From a bacterium (GTDB lineage Bacteria; SAR324; NAC60-12), in contig CBDBHR010000025.1 in the NCBI GenBank assembly GCA_965205865.1, forward strand, positions 64,001-128,000: a stretch of 64,000 nucleotides of DNA. Direction: 5' to 3'. Shown one piece after another: positions 54,507 through 64,000 of the stretch. Numbering within the stretch: the first letter of the stretch is position 1; each line of letters begins with the position of its first letter. The notes beneath the pieces were generated by a model that had not been told where the DNA came from, ran no database searches, and saw nothing but the letters and a program-made list of their open reading frames with translations. Made by a program: the position numbers and the translations under genes.

Positions 54507-55189
54507 TTTCAATTTAACATTAACACGGCCCGGTTATTTCGGTCGTTAGCGCAGCGAGCGAAGACTGACACATTTTGCGGGGGCTAGCTGTCCGAATGAG
54601 TTCTCCGTCTGGTCAGACCCAGCCAGTCTGACGAAGCGGCATTCCACGACAACTAAGGAGTGGGAATGTCGGACCCCTCGTGAGAGAAAACCTCAGATAG
54701 TGATCTGGATGAGGTGGGAGGGAAATGGTATTTCACCGCATCGCTTCCCAATGAAAATAAACCGAAGCGAGGAAAATGAACCATTTTGACTGTGGCCCCT
54801 TTGCAGAACATGATGGGGATAATGGGGCACTATTACTCTCCCTTGACGAGGCATCGCATTCCTTCTAAAGGATTCATCATTGATGTGAGAGAAAATGATC
54901 TCACATTTTTAAATAAATCTGTCCCCTTTTTTACACTCTTTTCCTCCACCTGCCTGGCCACTTTGTGCCATTCTGAGTCCCAGGAAATACTGCTGAAAAT
55001 CCGCATCATTTGAGCAATGCGGCCTTTTTAGGCAGATGCTTCTTGAGCAAGCAGAAGGAAAAAAAGATAAATGATCAGCTTCAACCTAATTACAAACAAT
55101 TTAGGTATCGTCTAAATATTGCAATTTATGCCATATGGCTTTATTATTATGGAAATGTGTCTTTATTATCAAGACGTTAGAGAAGAGAA

Positions 55190-55618
55190 ATGCAAAAAAA
55201 AATTCAGAACCGCCTCATGTATGGTGCCGTGATTGGGATTACGACCGCTGACAATCATAAAGTGATTCAGTTTCTCAAAGAAGGGTTACCCATTTCCTCA
55301 TTTACCAAACTTCAGAATGCGTTGGCCATCTCCAGTAAACAACTGGCGAGCGTGGTCAACATTTCCCTACGGACAATCAATCGACGTCAAAAGGAAGGGA
55401 ATTTACGTCCTGATGAATCTGAAAGGGTCCTGAGAATTGCCAGACTTTTTGATATGGCCAGAGAGTTGTTTGAGGATGACCAATTGGCCCGGCAGTGGTT
55501 CAAGTCTCCGAAACGAGCATTGGATGGGAAGACTCCTCTGGATTTTGCTGTTACCGAGCCGGGGGCTCAGGAAGTCGCAGATTTACTGGGGCGACTGAAG
55601 CATGGAGTGTTCTCTTGA
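55190..55618 (+). CDS. Xre/MbcA/ParS-type antitoxin
   Basis: ISLRTINRRQKEG..ESERVLRIARL..WFKSP..LDGKTPLD..LGRLKHGVFS. Confidence 0.92.
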   Translation: MQKKIQNRLMYGAVIGITTADNHKVIQFLKEGLPISSFTKLQNALAISSKQLASVVNISLRTINRRQKEGNLRPDESERVLRIARLFDMARELFEDDQLARQWFKSPKRALDGKTPLDFAVTEPGAQEVADLLGRLKHGVFS

Positions 55619-55895
55619 AAAAAGCCTGGCGCATGGTGGCTCCTCAATATGTGGATCAGGCATTTGATGGAGAAGGCGCGAGGATTTATGGGAGACGGTG
55701 CAACAGTAAAGGAACTTCCATGGTCTATACTGCGAGTTCTTTATCGCTTGCTGCAATGGAAATTTTAGTCCACTTGGATTCAGATGAAATATTGAACCGT
55801 TATGTTTGTATTCCAATCGAGTTCCCCTCTAAACTGTCGCTCCTATTCAATCAGCAGGCTCTTCCCAAAAATTGGAGGAACAGGGTCGCGCCTCT
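55615..55895 (+). pseudogene. RES-domain toxin, truncated
   Basis: AFDGEGARIYGRRCNSKG..VYTASSLSLAAMEILVH..LPKNWR, then interrupted by the repeat. Confidence 0.85.
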
Positions 55896-55985
55896 TCACA
55901 TCCTCCCGGGGTATTGTTCAATCGATCGAGCGGGAACCCTCCCACAGCTAATTTTGAATCAAACGAGCGGAAGTCCTCTCCTTCG
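55895..55985 (+). repeat. Tandem dimer of the 42-bp element; near-identical inverted copy at 58355-58443
   Basis: TCCTCCCGGGGTATTGTTCAATCGATCGAGCGGGAACCCTC-CCACAGCTAATTTTGAATCAAACGAGCGGAAGTCCTC. Confidence 0.85.
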
Positions 55986-55989
55986 GGTT

Positions 55990-56178
55990 CAAGGTTGGCG
56001 CGCAATGCCTCCGAACTCCCTTGTCCGTTACCTCTTCCGCGACTCGCGCCGCGTTGTCGAGGTCGATGTCCGCGACGATCAGGTTTGCGCCCGCATCGGC
56101 GAATGCCAGGCAGTTGCCGCGACAGATCCCGCTGCCCCCGCCCGTCACGAGCCCGACCTTCCCTTCGAAACTGTCCAT
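55990..56178 (-). pseudogene. SDR oxidoreductase N-terminal fragment
   Basis: FEGKVGLVTGGGSGI..FADAGANLIVADID, cut at the repeat. Confidence 0.8.
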
Positions 56179-56247
56179 AACCCCTTTCTTGTCTTTATGA
56201 AAAAAAGCGCATTAAGTGATTTTTTCAATTAATTATCTCTTCACAAC

Positions 56248-57318
56248 TCAGAGTGTGGGGAGTCCAGCTTTTACTCGGGCGTCATTGTTCAGCGGTGTGT
56301 CCGCACCACCGTTGGTGATCTCCCAGCTGATTTCAGGAGCCTCCTCGAGGATATCTCCAATTTCCGCAAGATCTTTCTCAGAGAAATCATTGACGTACCG
56401 CGTATTGGCTTCCACCTGTTCAGGAGACTTGCCGCCTACCAGCGCCACCGATATTTCCGGACGACGAAGTACCCACCCGGTAGCAAGTTCGGTCATAGTC
56501 GCTCCCTTCCGATCTGCTACCAGCTTTAGCTGACTGACTGCATGGCAGAACCGTTCAAATTTCTCCCCATGAAAGTCCACGAAGTCAGAGCGTTCATCGT
56601 TGTCAGCAAACACGTGCCCCGGTTGGTACCGTCCACTAAGCAGACCCTTGCCCAGCACCGAGTGCGCCAAGATGCCGACACCGCGTACCGCGCACCAAGG
56701 CAGGATGTGAGCTTCGACGTATCGCCTGGAAAACATCGAGTACCGGATCTGCAGGGTGTGAATGCGCACACCCGTGGCCCATGCCTCTTCCAGCTGTTCC
56801 ACGGTCGTATTGTTGAGGCCGATGTATTGGATGAGGCCTTCTTCCTGGAGCGTCTTCAGAGCCCCCATGCGCTCTTGTATCGGAGTGCTCTCGTCATAGA
56901 AGTGCAGCTGATAGAGCGGGATAGCGTCCAACTGCAGGTTGCGCAGCGACTCTCCGCACTTGGTACGGATCCTCTCTGCCGTGTGCGGCGGCATCGAGAC
57001 CTTCGTCGTCACAAATCCCTCAAGCGTGGGATCATTCTTCAACGCCAGCCCGATAACCGTTTCGGATCCGCCCTGATGATTGGTCTTGCTTCCATAGGTG
57101 GGGGCGTTTTCGTAGTAGTCGGCCGTGTCGATGAAGGTCACTCCAAGTTTAACTGCAGCCTGCACCGTTTCGATGCCCTTCTGGCGCTCAACCTCCCCAA
57201 AGGCGCCGCCGATCGGCCATGCCCCAAAACCTATCTCGCTGACGAACGGACCATCCGGATAAAATAGCCGGCGTTGCGCGACTGTGGCCGCCGTTTTTTG
57301 ATTCCCGTTTGTTTCCAT
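56248..57318 (-). CDS. Aldo/keto reductase
   Basis: VSEIGFGAW, FIDTADYY, LYQLH, GLLSGRY. Confidence 0.93.
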   Translation of the reverse strand: METNGNQKTAATVAQRRLFYPDGPFVSEIGFGAWPIGGAFGEVERQKGIETVQAAVKLGVTFIDTADYYENAPTYGSKTNHQGGSETVIGLALKNDPTLEGFVTTKVSMPPHTAERIRTKCGESLRNLQLDAIPLYQLHFYDESTPIQERMGALKTLQEEGLIQYIGLNNTTVEQLEEAWATGVRIHTLQIRYSMFSRRYVEAHILPWCAVRGVGILAHSVLGKGLLSGRYQPGHVFADNDERSDFVDFHGEKFERFCHAVSQLKLVADRKGATMTELATGWVLRRPEISVALVGGKSPEQVEANTRYVNDFSEKDLAEIGDILEEAPEISWEITNGGADTPLNNDARVKAGLPTL

Positions 57319-57427
57319 AGGTGCTCCTAAATTTATAGAATTTAAATTTTGGATGGTCTCCCTCTTGAGTGTTGTTACCCTGAAAACCAGGGGAAACGCA
57401 CCGGAAAACACCGTCTATTTGCAAAAT

Positions 57428-57486
57428 ACCAACACTCCGGAGGGTGAATTTTGCTGAGAACAGGCACCAACACTCCAGAGGGTGAC
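57428..57486. repeat. 20-bp direct repeat ACCAACACTCCRGAGGGTGA, two copies
   Basis: Two copies about 39 bp apart upstream of the AKR gene. Confidence 0.7.
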
Positions 57487-57605
57487 TACCGAAATTTTGG
57501 GGATACGGTAACGGTTTCCATATTAGGCTCCTGTGATCGATATTAGAATGGTATTACTAATAATCTATCACCATATCATAATACGTTCAATCTTAAAAAG
57601 ATTAA

Positions 57606-57668
57606 GGGATCAAATATTAAATTTTCTTTTGAAAAAGACAATTTAATATTTGATCCCTTTTGACCCCT
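57606..57668. repeat. REP-like palindrome related to 189-238
   Basis: GGGATCAAATATTAAATT..AATTTAATATTTGATCCC. Confidence 0.8.
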
Positions 57669-57864
57669 TTTCAAACCGTTTAGTTTTGAGAAAATTCCCC
57701 TGAAAATATAGTTTTCTGTCAGGCGCTAACTCCAATCATTTCTAATACTTTCTATCCATTTCTTGATTTGGAACCTATTCTGAGATATTTTGAATACTGG
57801 GATAATATTCAAATCTTTGTTTGAGTTTCAGAGGGCTCACTTATTTTACAGATTAAATTTTTAA

Positions 57865-58125
57865 TGTTGGATTGAGAATTGAAGCTCTCGAAGCAGAAAA
57901 TAAGCAACTCCGGGACCGGCTGGCTCTCAACAGCCAAAACTCGAGTAAGCCACCATCCACCGATGTAAGTCGCAAGAGCAAAAGTTTTTGATTTCCCCTC
58001 TCTGCAATGAGAGGTTACCGAACACCAAGTGGAACAAAAAATTTACTCGATCGTTTGATCCTCTATGAAAAGGAAAGCTTGTTATTCATGCATGACTTTC
58101 AAGTTCCTTTTGACAACAACCAAGG
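57865..58125 (+). mobile_element. IS66-family transposase remnant with internal deletion
   Basis: IEALEAENKQLRDRLALNSQNSSKPPSTD and [19 protein letters not shown]. Confidence 0.8.
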
Positions 58126-58210
58126 AGCATGCTTACCCATGATTTACCTCCCTGGCAAAGCGTTTACGATCATGATCGCCGTTGGAAAAAACGCTGGACT
58201 GTGGAGCGAA
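58126..58210 (+). mobile_element. IS5-family transposase scrap
   Basis: [23 protein letters not shown]. Confidence 0.6.
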
Positions 58211-58354
58211 CATTCGCTTTTTGGCTCATGCCGGAGATGGACCACAATATATTTTTATAGCTGATCACCATTGTTGCGCAATTCTCCTGATCCAAACTTG
58301 CTATAGGCTTTGCGCCGCGTAGTAGTGCTGAAATCATGCCTTGTTGTTTCAGGG

Positions 58355-58725
58355 AAGGAGAGGACTTCCGCTCGTTTGATTCAAAATTAGCTGTGGAAGG
58401 ATTCCCGCTCGATCGATTGAACAATACCCCGGGAGGATGTGAAAACGATGGATCCTTGCCGGGAATCTTTTTTCAACGTTATTGAACTGAACGGCTTCTG
58501 ACTGTCCCCGGATTTGAGCAGATTTATTGTTTTTTTTTGCGAATCCTGCATTTATTTTATATTAGGGGGTTGACATTGCGTTGTTGTTGTACTACAATCA
58601 TGCCATCATTGAGTTGTTTTAGTGAATGAGAAGGTTCCCGATCGATTGAACAATATCGTGGGAGGACTTAAAAACGATTGATCTTCCCCGGGAATCTTTT
58701 TTAATGATATTGATCTAAACGGGTT
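58355..58725. repeat. 42-bp element copies (58355-58443, 58630-58666) within a ~95-bp direct repeat bracketing a promoter
   Basis: 58397-58495 is similar to 58631-58725. Confidence 0.8.
58570..58598 (+). promoter_or_regulatory. Sigma-70-like promoter
   Basis: TTGACA-17 nt-TACAAT. Confidence 0.75.
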
Positions 58726-58852
58726 TTTCAGAGACCTGAATAGTTACCATATTTTTTATTCATTTTTTCATAAGGAGAGTACCATGTTGAAATCACGCAA
58801 GCGGAAATGGTCCGCCTATTTTCCCCAATCATTCTCTATAAATGGAGGACAT

Positions 58853-60613
58853 ATGAGTAATATCTTTAAAAAAATGATGACCTTGTTGGTTGTGTTGTTG
58901 GTAGCAGGCGTGGTGTCTGCTGCGGAAATGGTGACGTTGAAACTGAAGAAGCTCGATGGCACAGAGATCACCAAAGAAGTGGAGAAACCGCAATATGGCG
59001 GTTCCATTACCGATCTCATGAGAGCGGGAGAACCCTCCTTTGACCCGCTGCTTTTGGTGGCGATGGCCCATGCCGTCCCACCGATGTATGACGGGCAATT
59101 CGATACGAACTGGTATCGAGGGCCTGCCGGCACTGGCGAGTTCACCTATAACACCACAGTGACGCCCCCAGCGTCCCTCAAAGGCGGTGTCATCGAGACT
59201 TGGGAACAGCCCTCGCTCACTAATATGATCTTTCATATTAGAAAGGGTATTCACTACTGGAACAAAAGTGACGTGCTGCACCCCAATGATCTATTGGAAT
59301 CGGCCTATGGCCGGGAGTTAGATGCGTCTGATGTCGAATATAGCTGCAATAATATGTTTGTGAATGATAAGTCCCCCCTGAATGGGTATGGTGGGGGAAA
59401 ATGCAAGGCTACGGACAAATGGACGGTGGAATTCACATGGGATGAACCGGACGGCCTCGGGAAAATGATCCGTTTTTATACCTTTCAACACGGAGTATAC
59501 CCGAAGGAAACCGAGGGCATCAACCTGGGTGACTGGCAGAATGCCATCGGGTCCGGCCCCTTCATCCCGACAGGCTTTACCGCTGGCAGTATTGCCACCT
59601 ACAAAAAGAACCCGAACTACTGGGACCATGACCCCCTTCATCCCGAAAATCAGTTGCCCTATCTCGACGGCATGAAAATGATTGTGTTTTCAGATTGGCC
59701 GACGCACATCGCGGCCCTGCGCGCCGGCAAGATTGACAAAATTGCCCCCTGGTATGGGGTCATGCCGAATTATGTGGCAGAGCTGTCAGAGAGCAACCCT
59801 GAGTTGATGCACGTCCCAACCACAGGAGATCAAAGGCCGATCGAGGTGCGGCTCGATGTCAAGCCGTGGGACGATATCCGGATACGAAAAGCCGCCATGC
59901 TTGCCCTCGATCACCAGGGTATCGTCGACGAATTCTTCGAAGGCAGCGGGGAGATACTAACCAGCTACAGCTTCAAGGTGAGCGACCCCTTTCACCATTC
60001 ATTAGAGGAACTCCCTCCGGATCTCCAGGAAAATTACGGGTATGACCCGGAAAGAGCCAAAAAGCTACTTGCCGAAGCCGGCTTTCCCAATGGGTTTGAT
60101 ACCTCCATCACCTGCAAGGACGACCAGTGTGAGTTGGTTGAATTGTATGCAGCCTACCTTTCCGCTGTCGGGATTCGGGCCGAAGTGATACAAATGGAAG
60201 CCGCTGAGCATAACTCCATGTGGAATCAATATAAGTGGCCCGAGTTGGCCAGTCAGGACTCAGGAAGCCCAGGAATCGCAGAGTGGTTGGCTTTCGCCGG
60301 AGAGATCAACCCAGGCCAGGGCCATGTGAGGCCCATCGAAGACCCGGAATGGGAAAAAATGTGGCAGAGCTATTCCACAGATACGGACCGTGACAGCCAA
60401 CTGGTGAAATGGAAAGAGTTGAATATCTACACGCTCCGCAAACTGTGGAATATCCAGACAGTAGCCGCAGTTCCACACAACTACTGGCAGCAATGGCTGA
60501 GGAATTACAGTGGGGAACAGGGCGTCCATGAGACCTTCTGGTATATTAACAAGTTCATCTGGATTGACTGCGACATGAAGAAAGAAAGAAGTGGCCGGGA
60601 CTGCAACGATTAG
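58853..60613 (+). CDS. Family 5 substrate-binding protein (alternative in-frame start at 58784)
   Basis: GGAGG RBS, signal peptide, KPQYGG, GSGPF, KNPNYW, DIRIRKA. Confidence 0.95.
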   Translation: MSNIFKKMMTLLVVLLVAGVVSAAEMVTLKLKKLDGTEITKEVEKPQYGGSITDLMRAGEPSFDPLLLVAMAHAVPPMYDGQFDTNWYRGPAGTGEFTYNTTVTPPASLKGGVIETWEQPSLTNMIFHIRKGIHYWNKSDVLHPNDLLESAYGRELDASDVEYSCNNMFVNDKSPLNGYGGGKCKATDKWTVEFTWDEPDGLGKMIRFYTFQHGVYPKETEGINLGDWQNAIGSGPFIPTGFTAGSIATYKKNPNYWDHDPLHPENQLPYLDGMKMIVFSDWPTHIAALRAGKIDKIAPWYGVMPNYVAELSESNPELMHVPTTGDQRPIEVRLDVKPWDDIRIRKAAMLALDHQGIVDEFFEGSGEILTSYSFKVSDPFHHSLEELPPDLQENYGYDPERAKKLLAEAGFPNGFDTSITCKDDQCELVELYAAYLSAVGIRAEVIQMEAAEHNSMWNQYKWPELASQDSGSPGIAEWLAFAGEINPGQGHVRPIEDPEWEKMWQSYSTDTDRDSQLVKWKELNIYTLRKLWNIQTVAAVPHNYWQQWLRNYSGEQGVHETFWYINKFIWIDCDMKKERSGRDCND

Positions 60614-60794
60614 GACTGGCCTGAACCTTTCCCCCCTCACCCTCCAGGGGCCATGCGTGTCGGGTTAAGGCGTAATCCTCATATTTTCCCCCTTTTGCAA
60701 AAAGGGGACTTTCTCTTAACCTGACACCAATATCCCTGGTAAAAGAGGGAGAAAATAAGACAGGTGTTCGTCACTTTCAGAAGAGAAAAATCGG

Positions 60795-61829
60795 ATGCAA
60801 TCGTATATTATCAGAAGACTGCTCCTGGTGATCCCCACCCTCCTCATTGCATCGGTGGTCGTCTTCTTCAGCGTGCGTTTCATCCCAGGCGATGCCATCG
60901 ACTTGATGGTGCCCAATTTTGCCCAGTTCAATACAGGACGTGAGGATGTGTGCGGGGGCTCTTTCATTAGCGATAAAAAGAAGGAGACGGATTCGACAGA
61001 CAGTGAGGACTGCAAGGACCCCCGTGACGCGCTGAGGAGCCATCTGGGGTTGGACCAGCCCAGTCATGTTCAGTACGGGCGGTGGTTGGCCGGGTTGATG
61101 CAAGGGGACCTGGGAAAATCCATCTGGACCAATATTCCCGTCCTGGAAGATATCCTGATCCGACTTCCTGTTTCCATTGAATTGACCCTCCTGACCATCA
61201 TATTGTCCTTAGTAATTGCGTTGCCCGTGGGGATCTATTCCGGGATTCGGCCTGAGACCAACTCGGATTATCTTTTGCGGAGTTTTGCCATCCTCCTGAT
61301 CACCGTGCCCTCATTCTGGGTGGCGACGTTGGTCGTGGTACTCCCGGCCCTCTGGTGGCAATGGACGCCCCCGATTGCCTACATCCCGTTTTTTGACGAC
61401 CCCATCGGGCACCTGAAAATGATGCTCCTCCCGGCGGTCGTCATGGGGATGTTGTTCTCCGGAGGGACCATGCGTATGACCCGCACCATGATGCTGGAGG
61501 TGCTCCGGCAGGACTATGTGAGGACCGCCTGGTCCAAAGGGCTTCGGGAGCGGGTGGTGGTCTTGAGGCATGCGCTGAAGAATACCCTCATCCCGCTGGT
61601 CACCATCCTGGGATTGCAGATCCCCTACATGATTGGCAGTGCGGTGATCATCGAGCAGATTTTTTCGCTTCCCGGCATCGGCCAACTCATGTTCAACGCA
61701 CTGACGCGTCGCGATTATCCGATGGTTTCCGGCATCAATATCACCCTGGCGTGCATGGTACTCCTCATCAACCTGCTCGTGGACCTCAGCTACGCCTGGC
61801 TGGACCCGCGGATCCGGTTAAATAAATAA
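60795..61829 (+). CDS. OppB-like permease with an extended first loop
   Basis: RFIPGD, DYVRTAWSKGL, WLDPRIR. Confidence 0.95.
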   Translation: MQSYIIRRLLLVIPTLLIASVVVFFSVRFIPGDAIDLMVPNFAQFNTGREDVCGGSFISDKKKETDSTDSEDCKDPRDALRSHLGLDQPSHVQYGRWLAGLMQGDLGKSIWTNIPVLEDILIRLPVSIELTLLTIILSLVIALPVGIYSGIRPETNSDYLLRSFAILLITVPSFWVATLVVVLPALWWQWTPPIAYIPFFDDPIGHLKMMLLPAVVMGMLFSGGTMRMTRTMMLEVLRQDYVRTAWSKGLRERVVVLRHALKNTLIPLVTILGLQIPYMIGSAVIIEQIFSLPGIGQLMFNALTRRDYPMVSGINITLACMVLLINLLVDLSYAWLDPRIRLNK

Positions 61830-61895
61830 CGGCTAGTTTTTTATCGTAGGAAGTCCTCTCCTGGGAGGGGAATCCCTCTTAATTAGAAAAAACAT

Positions 61896-62858
61896 ATGGC
61901 CTTAGAAACTGAATTGTTGAGCGCCGAAATAAGCACCTCTACGAAAATAAGTGGGCTGCGGGTTTTTTTTATCCGGTTGTTCCGTGAGAAAAAAATAGGA
62001 GCCCTCGGGGGCTTGCTGGTCTTGATATTTCTGCTCGTCGGCATTTTTGCGGACTTTTTGGCCCCTCACAGTATCGATAAATTCAGTATTCGCCACAGAC
62101 TGGACGCACCCTCCGCGGAATTCATCCTGGGGGCAGACCAACTCGGACGAGACGTTTTCAGCCGGGTCATCCACGGTGCCCGAATCTCGATGACTGTGGG
62201 GTTGGGCGCCAGTGGTCTCCATATTGTGATTGCGGTGCTGCTCGGCCTGATTTCCGGCTACTGGGGCGGGAAGTTTGACATCCTCCTGCAACGGCTGGTC
62301 GATGCCTTTATGACCTTTCCCGCGCTGTTCATCATCATCACCTTCATGGCGGTTTTGCCCCGGGGGATGGTGTCGGTCATCATTGTGATCGGAGTGTGGT
62401 GGGGGATCAACGGGACTCGCATCATTCGAGGCGTGGTGCTCAGTGCTAAGGAAAATGTGTATGTGGAGGCAGCCCGGGCGGTGGGCTGTGGCACCTGGCG
62501 CATCCTCTGGCGGCATATCCTGCCTCAATTGGTCGCACCCATCATTGTCATGTTCACCATTGCCCTCGGTGGCGCCATTCTCACCGAAGCCGAAATCAGT
62601 TTCCTCGGATTCGGCATTCCGCCACCCCAGCCCAGTTGGGGCGGCATGCTCAGTCTGGAAGGCCGCAAATATATGCTGCGAGCCCCCTGGTTGGCCTTGT
62701 GGCCCGGGGTCTGTCTGGCCATTGTGGTCTTTGGCATCAACATGTTCGGCGATGCTGTGCGCGACCTGATCGACCCCCGACTCAAAGGGGGTTCCGGACG
62801 CTTCGGCGCTGCGAAGAAAGCTGTCCGAAAGTTTTATAAGCAATTGCAAAAGATCTAA
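61896..62858 (+). CDS. OppC-like permease
   Basis: LGADQLGRD, YVEAARAVG, GDAVRDLIDPR. Confidence 0.95.
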   Translation: MALETELLSAEISTSTKISGLRVFFIRLFREKKIGALGGLLVLIFLLVGIFADFLAPHSIDKFSIRHRLDAPSAEFILGADQLGRDVFSRVIHGARISMTVGLGASGLHIVIAVLLGLISGYWGGKFDILLQRLVDAFMTFPALFIIITFMAVLPRGMVSVIIVIGVWWGINGTRIIRGVVLSAKENVYVEAARAVGCGTWRILWRHILPQLVAPIIVMFTIALGGAILTEAEISFLGFGIPPPQPSWGGMLSLEGRKYMLRAPWLALWPGVCLAIVVFGINMFGDAVRDLIDPRLKGGSGRFGAAKKAVRKFYKQLQKI

Positions 62859-62942
62859 TAAAATGAAAGGAACCCCATGACTACCCAAGATTGGAAAAGC
62901 CTAATTGATCAAAAGAGTCTCGGTGATAAAAAGGGATAAATC

Positions 62943-63140
62943 ATGAATAAGAAACTAAGGTTCGGAATAGTCGGAACCGGCTTAATCGCTGGTTTCATTG
63001 CTAAATCGATAACCACATCGAAGGGGGCCACGCTTACAGCAGTTTCTAGTCGCAAGCAGGAAAGCGCTCAGGCTTTCGTGAGCGATATTGAGGGTGCTGC
63101 AGCGGTCGAAGGGGTTGAAAACCTGCTAGCTCGACCCTAG
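62943..63140 (+). pseudogene. Gfo/Idh/MocA oxidoreductase N-terminus truncated by an IS
   Basis: LRFGIVGTGLIA..LTAVSSR..ENLLARP, then the IS end. Confidence 0.85.
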
Positions 63141-64000
63141 CCGAAAAGGGTTTCGAAAATAGTAAATGTAACCAATTTGATTCTATTTGATTCAATATGA
63201 CGAGAAAACGATTTTTTTGTTTTTTATTCGCCCACAGCACAGTTTTTATAGGGAAAAAATCTTTTTTGGACATACTTTCCTCGCCCCTGCTCATATTTCA
63301 CACTCCCCCATTGAATATTTAGGCCGCTTGTTTGAGTTGTCTTTTTTTCAACTCAATCATTTTGCAAAAATTATAGGTTAATGCTTTTTCCAGCAACTCT
63401 GCCCGAACGTTTTCAATCCCTCTGCGCATAACTTGTCCGAAATGGAAACGATGCTTAAGATGAAACATCAACGACTCTGCAGCAGATCTTCCATTTCGTG
63501 ATTCCAAATAGATTTCACTTTCCCATTCTTCAATCGGGGTCATCTTTTTTCCCTTTGCCCCACTAATACTAAAAACCTTAACGCCTTTGCCCATCCACTT
63601 TTCTCTGATCGCCTGATTGGCATATCCATCATCAAGGCTCACTTCAGAGGGAATGGTGATGGTGCATCGCAAATGTTCAACAAGGGCAGGGTCGAGTTGC
63701 CCTGAATCAGCAGCATTGCCCTCCGGAGTAATTAACACGGAAATAAAACCATTTCCGCTCCTTCCTAATTGAGGCTTATATCCGATAAGCGCTTCTCGAT
63801 CTCCCTTTTGAATATAAGCCGAGCTCTGATCGGAAAGACTCAATACTTTCTCAGTAGAAGGAACCTTCTTTTCTTCAAAAACTCTTTGATGACAGTAGAT
63901 GATTACCCGTTGCAAATTAGAAATATCTTCATTCATCATTTCAATGAGGCGAATCAAACGCGTTTTCCGAGAAGGGGGGAGAAGAGCTTTTTGGGCACGG
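63136..64000 (-). mobile_element. IS with DDE transposase (IS5/ISNCY-like), partial at the window edge
   Basis: EKVLSLSD..YIQKG..IGYKPQL..GNAADS..SLDDGY..RSAAESLM..LK; ORF ends at 63319. Confidence 0.85.

Noticed and set aside
55495-56232. 245-aa ORF as a novel RES fusion protein
   Set aside because: It is read-through from the truncated toxin across a repeat into the antisense of an SDR fragment.
1-64000. tRNA, rRNA, intact retroelement or phage-defence operon
   Set aside because: None recognised; the only RT signal is a 27-codon remnant at the window edge.

Overview
This is a bacterial chromosomal window of moderate GC. The style of its housekeeping genes suggests a deltaproteobacterial/SAR324-like host, which is inference only. 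A core block at about 8.6-35.8 kb holds a MATE pump, USP, gdhA, glgA/glgC, pheT, ROK kinase, argD, folK, FAH protein, rpsA, dsbD, an NtrC-type regulator, yacG, mutL, NUDIX and csp. Two accessory regions flank it. They carry four Opp/Dpp-family ABC operons (binding protein plus two permeases, no ATPase), each next to a PhyH-like Fe(II)/2OG dioxygenase gene or its remnant, among many pseudogenes and IS relics (IS1, two IS1380, IS91, IS66, IS5, group II intron). Four observations stand out. (1) An unannotated ~42-bp imperfect palindromic element is present about 10 times; it sits in-frame inside glgA and pheT (twice), forms the yacG and ntrC C-termini, and apparently supplies ribosome-binding sites. 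(2) The ABC importer + dioxygenase module recurs four times. (3) A tandemly duplicated operon has its two copies broken in complementary genes. (4) Stacked signal peptides and a conserved 23-codon leader precede binding-protein genes.
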